Origin: Pocillopora damicornis
Taxonomy: Eukaryota
DNA length: 64,000 bases
Assembly (NCBI RefSeq): GCF_003704095.1
Contig: NW_020847516.1
Coordinates: forward strand, 310,001 to 374,000
Direction: 5' to 3'
The notes below the pieces were generated by a model, which ran no database searches, had not been told where the DNA came from, and saw only the letters and a list, made by a program, of their open reading frames with translations. Of the stretch, positions 1 to 10,208 are shown one piece after another (positions within the stretch are counted from its first letter, which is position 1; each line of letters opens with the position of its first letter). The translations under genes and the position numbers were made by a program.

Positions 1-1448
1 TTCAGTTGACACATAGTATGTTTTCTGACCGATTTATAAGTCTTTGAGGAGTTAAATCTGTTTTCAGCTGTGATTTTTAATTTGTCATCACTGCAGTTAT
101 GATACCTGACCAATCTGTGTTTTACATGTCACTATTTCATTGATGAAAGCAATTCGTTCTGGTTTGAAAATTATTTAAAACAAAATCAACCTTCACAAAC
201 ACAAATGTATTTTTCTCTCAGCGAGCATTTACATTTCACGTGGAATTTTTTATATTTATTTTTATGAATTTCTAGCATTACTAACATTGTCGGTTTTAGT
301 TTTGAACAATCGAAATATAATTATATAATTGTATGTATACATGCCAAAATTGTACACTCAAACTCGATTTAACTCGATCTGTAACTGCAAATCAAAGTCA
401 CACCCCCATTTCTTGAGAAGTTTTTCAAAACTCAACAATTTTCGTTATTTTATTTTTTTATCAGTTTTATCCATGATAACTCGAATCAGGCCAATTGCCG
501 ATTGGTGGCAAATCAAAACAAACCACTATTTTGTCCAAAATACGAATTTTAGCATTGAGGAAGTCAGAGATTCTGTCTTCTTTGGTTACTTAATTACGCA
601 AAACGACTGTCAGTCCAATTCTGGTTTCGTTTTGTATTTTCAAAAATGTTCGCTGCTTATTAAACCCTTTCTACAAAAACGTTCTTTTTGATGGCTTGAC
701 GTCTCAACGCTGCAAACTTCTTGAAAATAATTAATTTTCCATGAAGGTTAGAACCATCAAGACTCGAACGGAGTTCGTCGAAGCTACGTTAAGTGGTGAA
801 CATGTCTGATGCATACGCAATAATTTACAGAACGACGTTGCATGCACGAAAACGAAAATAAAATAAGCACATTACTCTTGTTACTGTGACTCGAATTTTG
901 AGGGCGAAAACGAAGATAAATATTGAGATGTTCCGAAAGAAATGTAAAAGACTCAGCTCTTCTCCTTTGGGTAAGCAGCTGAATTGCGAAATCAATGACT
1001 TCCCGCTCTCCTACCTCTGAAACTTTGTTCCCGCGACATTACGAGATGTGTGCCGCCATTGATAGTGGCTTCTCTTAAGCTACTGTCAAGTTTATTTTGT
1101 TCCATTGACTGGCTATCACGTGATCGTCTGGAGAAATGACGCGGTCGAAAGTTCACGATTCTGTCAATTAACTTCCAAATATCTTCCGCAAATGAGCAAG
1201 TTCCCCGCCATCTTTGCCATTTCAGATTGTCGACGAAATCCAAAAGCTCCTTGACTCATAATCACTCTTATTTCTGGTTCATAGTTAAAGCGTGAGGAAA
1301 GTATTTCAATGAGTTATAATCTATTGAATGAGATATATCTATGACTTGGAGCGCTCAACTAACTCATAGGATGGCGACAAAACCCTAACCACCGTCCGCC
1401 ATCACTGAAAATAGTTTCACCCCGAGATCCTGGGTTAGAGTAAAATAA

Positions 1449-1567
1449 CCAATCAGCTGGTAATACAGCTTAGCGATTTTGACCAATAAGTGTACAGCAA
1501 AGTGATAGTAAGAGACCAATCAGAAGTAAGAATCGAAACGCAAGTAATCTTTGAATTTAAACTTGAA
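1449..1567 (+). promoter_or_regulatory. POC5 proximal promoter: three CCAAT boxes plus CHR-like elements
   Basis: CCAAT at 1449, 1483 and 1516 (34 and 33 bp apart), followed by back-to-back TTTGAA (1550), TTTAAA (1556) and CTTGAA (1562) just upstream of the ATG at 1577. This is the NF-Y/CHR arrangement known from G2/M genes. Confidence 0.55.
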
Positions 1568-1576
1568 ACAAACAAA

Positions 1577-4500
1577 ATGGCGACCCATAGTGAGTCTGAC
1601 TCTGTCCCACATTTCTCAGACATGGATTCCCCTGGAAGCTCTGTTTCCTCTTCTTTGCAAAGAGAATACGAAGAGCTTCTTAAGTACGCTGTTGTTACAC
1701 CGAAAATTCAAGTTGTTCCAAGTGTGTACGAGCCATGTATTCCTTCGAAAGATGATAGTAGCGCTGCCTTCATTGAAACAAACGACAGCAGCTCTACGAC
1801 TTCGAAAACTACGTCGGTGTCGACTCAAAGTTCCCAACCAACAACAGAGGAATCGCATTTAGTCGATAAAGAAGAAGTGAAGAAACTTTCGGGAACCCCC
1901 TCTCTCAAAGTGTCGTTTCAAGGACAGGGATCAATAGCTCGAGATTCTCTGCTTCGATCAGGTAATTTCTAGACATCTATATTCAGTTACAAACGTTAAC
2001 TTATTAAGAACTTTGTGGTAAGCTACAGGGGTACGTATGCACTAACTCTACCCTTAACTCAGAGCATGTGTTATCATGAATTATCTTCTCATAAAATGAT
2101 AAAAGCTAAAAGAGGAAATTGAATTAAATTCGTTTGTGCGGCGAAAAATGTGTGCAGGTTCAGAGCTCAATTTTTCAACTCCTACGTTTACGTTAGTTTC
2201 CTAGCTTTGCAAGCATGAAGTGAAAACAAAGTTGCAAAGGATGAGCGCGCATAAACCTCGATATATTTCTGTTTTCAGCTGTGAAGAGATACTGCACTAA
2301 GCAATTGATATTTTGGAAGCGATGAAAATGAAACTCGGCTAACTTCATTACTTGCAAATTTCTCTCTTGTGCCTTAAGAAGTACATGCCAGAAAGGCCTT
2401 TCTGAAAAGCAATTGTTAACTGCATTTTAATTACACTGTAGAGGGAGGCATACTTACCCTTTAAGCATAGCCCTCAACCATTCCATCCTTTTTTAATTTT
2501 TCCTTCTATAACTTCTGTATTAGTGGTGAAGAGCATCCTTGAAGACTTGAACATATGTTATACATATCGTTCTTAGAAGCTGTTAACCATGCTTAGGAAT
2601 TAGATTGTTTTGATTTTGGACTGGATGAAAATTAGTTATATTAAAGAAAATATTTATCTAACCTGGTGACAAATGTGTTGCTAACTGAAAAATATTCCTA
2701 AACATTATCTACATGTAATTTTAACAATTGACTCATTTATATACTGATAAATGTTTTTCAGAAACAGATGCTGTTTCACCAGTCATAGCAGAAGCTGAAC
2801 ATGAATCATCATTATCTCACACTGCTGATGAGTCACCAGACTCCCCAGTGCCATCCTCACCTGTAATAGATGCTGACCTGGCCAGAATGGAGGCATTATT
2901 GGATAACTGGTGTTTGGATCTCAAGAGAAATGTTTTGGTATGTGACCTACATGTCTGTACTGATTTTAAGACTTCAAATGTTGAAGTGAAGATTTATTCA
3001 TGACCAAATCAAATTTACAAATTGACCAAATGAGGATTGAGTAAAAGTGACTTTGTGACAATAATTATAATATTTTCTTATCCCAGTGTATACCCTATGG
3101 GCGTAAGTGAGAATGTACTTCATTCATGTTCATGGCCATGTGAAATTTTTCCTTCTCCAAACAGGCTGAATTTGCACAGTGTAAAATGGGGTTATTTGAA
3201 AAACAGAAACAGCTTTTGATGCAGGAGAAAAGAAGGTACTGTAACAGTTTTTGTATGCATGTAATACATGAAGAAAACATCTCAGGTGCTTCATTTTTTT
3301 CTTTGTTCCAATCAAAAAGCTGTACTGTGTAGAAAACTCTCACAACAAACAGACACTATTCAAGATAATGATATCATTTAATATCATGTAATAACATAAT
3401 ATTTATGCAACTGTTTAATAAATGTTAAACTAGATTTAAATCTTAGAAAGTAAAAAAATCCTGCTTTATTACCACTTCTAATTACCAGTACTCCTAATTA
3501 CAATGTACAATGTACATTGTACAGTTAGGAGACAAAGTGAAATGAAAATTATTTAAGGTAGAAGAGGTTGTTTATGTGAATTGCACTTTGTAGAATTTGA
3601 GTAATATGATTCTTTTATGTCAGTAATCAGTACTTTAGCCTAACTTCTATCAACTGAGATACTGCTCAGGTACATGTNNNNNNNNNNNNNNNNNNNNNNN
3701 NNNNNNNNNNNNNNNNNNNNNNNNNNNNNNNNNNNNNNNNNNNNNNNNNNNNNNNNNNNNNNNNNNNNNNNNNNNNNACTTTGCACTCTTGTTGTTTCTC
3801 AAGTTAATGATTGCATCTTGGATTTTTATCCATGAAAATGGTATTTCACGCCCAATAGTTGTCTTACACTCTTCAGCTTCAGCAATTATTACTCTCTTGA
3901 GATTTTGAATCCCAGTATCATTTTTTCCATAAGTATTCTCTACAGGGAAGTACAAGAGGTTGTCTTCTTCATTCAGAACAAGCTCATCGCTAAAGGAATC
4001 CAAAATATTCTGCCGCAGGTGCTTATCAATTTTGTTCAAACAAAGTTTTTCCATATGGCCCCTGTGTGTTCCAACAAGGAAGATGGGTGTCCTTGATGAG
4101 GCCTTACTGCAAATGGATTCCATCCAGAATTTAAGTCTTTCGATTTTTGCTGCCATGTTTCCAAAATTGTCATCTGCAAAGTTTGTCATGTTGAAGAGCA
4201 CAAGGTAGATGGCATTGTCTCTCATGAAGATATGATGGTAAGCATAGTACTCTTCATCTCCTGAGAAGTCTAATATTTTTAGTTTAAGACTGGAAAATGT
4301 AGAATTTAGAGCCCTTCTCAACTTCTGGAAATTCAGTGCTATCTTTTCAATAAAGATAAAAGTGAAAGTAGCTTGCGTTTCCCTTGCATCTAGAGTATTA
4401 TAATTGAAAATAGAAAACAGAGAATTATATTCACTGTACAAAGTGAGGCATGCTGACACTGAAAATATTGCTGAATACATTTTAAGGGAACAGAAGTGAA

Positions 4501-7500
4501 TAAAATTTTCAGATAATTTGTCAAAGATGATATAAAACAATAAGATCGAACTGATAGCCTGCATGTTTACCAGGGAACACAAAGCCTGAGTAACTCTAAC
4601 GGTTACGAGGAAAGCGAGAGGAATCACTAAGAAATGAAGAATGTAACAATAATGGAGGGTTGTCATGTTAGTTGATATTTGTAGCTGAAAAATGGAACCA
4701 AAACTAAAGCCACACATTACAGGAATTAAAAACCATACGAGGCACGGCAGAAAAGGTAGTGGATAATTGAACTTTGCTTGACCAGGGACAGATGATTCAA
4801 TCCCTTTCCAATTACTGATTTGAAAATAGTGATTACAGGACAAATGATAGCTAATGTCACAGATCAGGATAGTAACAATCGCTATGTGGAGTACCCAGAT
4901 CAACAGGTAATCATGAAATATTATTAATCTAATTGATGGGTCAAACTTTTGACACTCCAATTCTTTAAAGGGCCCTGCAAGCACATGTGCAGCTCCTAAT
5001 CCCATTAGAATTCGAGGGAGCACGGCCATCAACCAAGCGAGTTTAAAAAATTCTGGATGCTCTGATCGCTGAGGCTGTAGCCAAATTTGCAAAGTAAATA
5101 CAGCAATTGAATATGCATAGAAACTGACAGACACTGATGCGAAAGCCCCAAGCCATACGATCGAAATTATCCAGGATATACGTAGTAAGAAGAACATGAG
5201 GTGTACCACTGCTGACATTGCTGATGTTATTTCATCATCGATAATGACTTCGACTCCTGCAGGGCCAAACATCAAACCGTGGTACAGAGCAGATTCCTGG
5301 AATCGAGTAAAGCTTCCAAATTTAAGACCATCGTCGGCGTTGAGTCTTTTCCACCTCCGGTCAACTAAACTCATTTCCACACCTTTAGTCCTTGGTTCAG
5401 CTGCATCAAACGGTTGCCCTGTAAGCGATTTTGTTAAACTGGTCTTGCCAACTCTAGCATCTCCTAGTATTAAACACTGGCCTTGGAATACATCCTGTTT
5501 GTATGATTCTGAGTCGTTTTGTTCGCTTTTAAAACCAAGGTTTCTCAGAATTTGTCTATAAGACTCTTGTCCACGTCCATCCGGTAAGCGTCTCTCGAAC
5601 TGTAACTGGGACATCACCTCAGATGCCGTTTCCAAGGTGTGATCGTTCGTAAGACGAATACGTTGCACATCTAAGGCCATCTTTTCATTTCTTTGTACAA
5701 GAGCAGGGTGCTTTCATTGATAGACGCGACGCACACAGTTCTATTACCCTGGAGCTGACTCCCGGAAGCTGTTCACGTGACCATATCTCGCCAAATGGCA
5801 AGGACCTTGCCGTCATGGTCTACTGATCACTTTGTTTTCAGGGAAATAGACTCTTGCTGGGAATCTGTTACTTACTCAGGCGTTTTTGAGCTTCATTGAA
5901 CGTTTATTTATTAAAGCTTTTTTACCCCACAGACACGGCAGTGAAATGCACAAGCTGATGAATGAGATGGAGAGTCAAAAAGAGTTGTTACTGACTTATG
6001 AACAGACCCTGACACACAAAGACTCTATTGTTACCAACATCACACACGCTATTCACAAACAGGTTTGTTGTACATTTTTGTCTTGACAGTAACTTACTTA
6101 TCTTCGCGGGTCGCGAATGGAATAATTAAGTTGAATAGGATGAAATGGATGATTACAAGAGACAATCTGCTATGTTTTTACAATGAGAGCCATCTATTGA
6201 GAAATCAAACTATAGCGGCATGTCCTTGTGTGTTTATTTCATTTTCAAAACAGATTTACTCGTTTGGTAACTAGTTGATGAACAAATAGAAATCAAAATG
6301 GGCTTTAAACTTTTCAACCACAGTACAATTTAAACTATTCGCACTTTTTTTTATTTCATTCCTCTTATTTGTTAAGTTCTGTTGTCCAGCTTATGATATT
6401 AAAGTCGAACAAGGGTTGAAAAAGGCCGGATTCTGAAAGAGCATTGTCCATCTTATATCAGGACAAGCTTTTTGTTATGTTTTTTTTTGTTGGTAGCATC
6501 CATATCGTTACTTCCACATACCTCCAACACTTTACGCATTGCTCAACTGAAGGGGAAAAAGAGACAAGTGCGTTGTGATTATGCTTGAATTTTTCACCCT
6601 TGACGCGCGACAATTTACCCGCGGCGATTTACTAGTGACAATTTATTCACGACGATTTGATTCTCCCGTTTGGCACTCCCGCGATTTGATGTAATTTCCG
6701 AAGGTTAACAAACTTGTATGTTTTTTTCATAGAGGGAAAGAAATGAACTTATGAAGGCTTTTACCTTGTGGAAAATCAGACACTGCGATGAAAAAAGAGA
6801 GGTCAGTTCAGGAACCCTGACGAAATAATTGTAGGACAGTATTCATAGACGCCTGTGCACGGGATTGAAATTTAGAAGTCTCTCTTAAACCTTTGGTACC
6901 TTATAGCAATATTTATGATTACAGATATTGATAATAAACCAACTGTATCTTCCCAGTTGTAATCAGTTCAGACCAGTAGAACTTCCACTTTGCACCTTAA
7001 CACCCCGTATTTTTTTTTGTGACTACATGTTTATTACCTTCCACCCAAATCGTCTTAGTGCACATCACACCATTATTTCCTCACACATTTCAGTTCGGTC
7101 AATTTTCTGATGGTCATCATGTTGTTTCTTTTCAGGGTTTTGCATCCAAACTTGCCGGAAGACATTACAAACACGCTTTAAAGTCACGTGCCTGGAGTGC
7201 ATGGCGGTCTGTTATTGAATCCAAATGGAAACAACGAGTGGAAAAAGCATGTCAGGTTATTTGATCTGTTTGTTATTGTCAATCGTGTTGACTGTTTGTT
7301 TGGCTTTCAGATGGTCCGGTATTCAATTGGTGTTTAGGGACCAAGTATTGTGAAGAGGGATTTTAATTCGTCCACGAACTACATGTAACTTTTTCTATTT
7401 TTTCTGAAGGCGAAAGCTCAAGACGTGTGTGTCAAGTTGACGGAAGACTATGAAAGTCGTCTCGCAACAGTATGTTTTATCGTGTCTTTTTTTCCTTGTA

Positions 7501-9110
7501 ATTTGACTGTAAACTTTAAACGCCCTCAGACGAAGGACAGAAATCAAAGGTTAACAAATCATTAATTTCCGTAAGTATCGTGAAATTTTCCATCAAGATA
7601 GTGACAGGTTTTATGCTTTTGGTTTTGGTCTTTGGTTTTCCTTCTTTTTACTTAAAGAAAACTCCGCCAATTTAACCCACTCGGTCAGGTTCATTTATGA
7701 ATTGTTCCCTTGATTAGGCCACCCGTGAGCTGGAAATAGCGCGGAATGAGATAGCTCATCTTCATGCCGAGAGGGAACGGTATGAAGAAACTATGAAAAA
7801 AGCTTTCATGCGCGGAGTGTGTGCACTGAATTTGGAAGCCATGACTATGTTCAGAGAAGGTGAAGAGGGTGGCAGACGACCTCCGCCTGCTGCTGCAGGA
7901 ATCAACAACAACGGTGAGAGAAGGAATGAACGGTTCCTCATTTTTATGATTGTACTGAGTCATAACCAGTTGTGGAGCGCGACGTTGTATGCTACTATGA
8001 AGCACGAAAATTTTTGTCTTGTAATCGCTATTTTGAAAAAGAATAATAGATTAGTGTACAGGTGACATTCATCATGACCGAAATAAAGAGACGCATCTTA
8101 TATATCCAGTTTATAGCAAAGTTTGGATGTAACGCACGCTGTCATTAGTTGAAAAAGTGTGCTCTATCAGAGTATAGAGCATGCTGACGACACTGTAGTT
8201 CACTTTGGAAATAAAGGTTGTTTTAAAAATTAAAAGTAACGGGTAGGGAATTTAACGGATTCTTTATTATAAAACAGAGAGAGAATCCTTGACTGTGTTC
8301 TGTTGTGAAGCACTTAGGAAGCGGCCAGAGCGCGAAAGAAGTTTAGGGGCACAAGCCGTAGTCGAGTGTTTCTCCCCGCTTCTTGAGTGCTCTAACCGCT
8401 TCCTGCGTGCTTTACACCAGAGCAGAGCTCAGCCAAGGCTTCTCTATTTGTTAATTGATTAATTACCCGTGCTAAAATGGCGTCTCGTCTTTGTTTTGTC
8501 TCCAGATGAAGATATGCCACGTCATCAACCACCTCTTCCAACTGTAACGACATCTGGTCCAGCTGTCACGCAACATCAGTTTAGTCACGTGTTTTCCAGA
8601 CATCAAACTTCAGCTGAGAAGCCTGGCCAGATGGGAAAAACTGTTACCGTGAAAGCTGTTTGCAGATCAGACATTCAGGGACAAAGAGGCGGCGCCGGTA
8701 AAGTAAAATTTACACATGTTTTTTTTCTCTCCTTCCGTCGATGTATTTCAGATTTTCAAAGCCAATACTCTACCAGCGAGATGGCTGAGTGGTTAAAGAG
8801 GAAGTGGGAGATCACTTCCCCATGGACTACCACGGGGAAGGGAGGAAAGTGGTGAAAGGAACCTCAACATACCTATCATAACCAAAAAGTATTTCAAAAC
8901 ATTCTTGTTCCTTTATACTTTATTTCAGGTTTGGTAGGTACCCAAGGGCCTGTTAGTTCAGTTCTCGTTCAGAAGCATTCCTCAGAATATGGCACCTCAG
9001 GAGCCCCTCCGACTCGTCAGCGTGCACCAATTAAAGCAGCCACCACGAGAATATCGCGTGGTCCAAGCGTGCAGACAATCCACACGACTCCGGTAAAAGT
9101 TGTACACTGA
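1577..9110 (+). CDS. POC5: Centrosomal/centriolar protein POC5 (10 coding exons, ~526 aa)
   Basis: Exons 1577-1961, 2762-2937, 3165-3235, 5933-6062, 6733-6801, 7136-7255, 7410-7469, 7718-7913, 8506-8697 and 8929-9110 are all GT-AG and in phase (sum 1581 nt). Motifs recognised from vertebrate POC5: [88 protein letters not shown] and C-terminal VKVV. Confidence 0.93.
3678..3777. other. Assembly gap (100 N)
   Basis: Run of exactly 100 N. True length is unknown, and the gap truncates the nested Roc gene. Confidence 0.99.
3778..5680 (-). CDS. Roco-family Roc-COR GTPase with a multi-pass membrane insertion; intronless in the visible part, nested antisense in POC5 intron 3, 3'-incomplete
   Basis: Open frame of at least 634 codons from the ATG at 5680 to the gap. 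P-loop GDARVGKTS (aa 73-81), switch I TKGVE, G3 [29 protein letters not shown] (aa 469-497), LKFWMESI, G4 [10 protein letters not shown]5 YFPVEN, and COR start [12 protein letters not shown]. Residues ~155-416 are strongly hydrophobic. Confidence 0.85.
8076..8458. repeat. Interspersed non-coding repeat with a long imperfect internal hairpin (POC5 intron 8)
   Basis: ctgtgttctgttgtgaagcacttaggaagcggccagagcgcgaaagaag (~8293-8341) pairs imperfectly with cttcttgagtgctctaaccgcttcctgcgtgctttacaccagagcagag (~8379-8428). Boundaries are approximate. Confidence 0.45.
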
Positions 9111-10208
9111 AATCCGCGCTAGTTTTTCCCCGCCACATGAAGTCATAGTCTCAACTGCTTGTTACTAGTGATAGGTCGATTTAAATTAATTGATTTTTGT
9201 AATTTTGTAATAAATCATTTGCCTTGTTTTATTTTGTCTTCCGTATGACGAACATTGCAGCTGAACAGCTGAGACCATAGCAAGAATTACGGACAAAAGG
9301 GAAGAAAGTAATAGGTCAAATTTCACTGGATGAGATGATCTGAATTAGTGCGTGTGAATGCTCTAACAACTGGACACTCGGACAACATAGTCCAATAAAA
9401 GTAATCAAGTTGTGACGCAGGTTCTTTTGGGACCAGATGTGTAAAATTGTGCAGTAAAGCGATAATGAGGAAAAAAGAAGAAAGTTTCCCTGAAAATGGT
9501 CAATCCCTCTGAGTGAAAGCGCCTGGAATATTGTTTTTCAACAATAGTCATCTCAATGCAAACTTTTGAAAAAACTAAATTAGTTTTTTCCAAAGTCTGC
9601 ATCACATAGACTAGTTTAAACCACATTATTAATATTTTTAGACGCCGCTTGCGGACCCCGAGTTTCTCTTAAGTACTTCAATTTGGAGGCAAAGCCGTTA
9701 GCTGACCGCTACAGTCAGTAAGTCTTGTGTTATCTTTCTCGGCTGTATTTTTCACCTCGAAGCGCAAAATTGCATCTGGGTCCAAGCGATAACTAATACA
9801 GTGCGTGATTATCATTCAAACCTTTACAAATCCACACCGTTGCGCACCAAGTTTATAAATGTAGTTTTGCTTTAAGCTGGTTGTAAGAAAAAGAGTTTTC
9901 GATGAAATCAAGTCATTTCTGATCCTGGAGTTAAAGGTGCGAGAAAATTTGCGACATATGTAACAAATAACGTAATTTTCGCGCGCGCTGATCATTACCT
10001 CATACAAAGCAACCAATCGGTAAAGCGTACCTGCTAAAATACGGGCTGGTACCATGAATATTGGATATCGTGTTTATTTTAGCTTTAGGCGGACCAATCA
10101 GAGCGTACGGTGTGATATCGCTGGTATTTGGAGAGAGAGGAAAATTTCATGTCCGAAACTTGAATGTAGAGCGAGGGAAATTTGGGAGAAAATTTTTCCC
10201 AAAGTATT

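Noticed and set aside
3650-3677. C-terminus HVPEQYLS* of the Roc protein
   Set aside because: It lies across a gap of unknown size, so frame continuity is an artefact. The true COR/C-terminal region is unseen.
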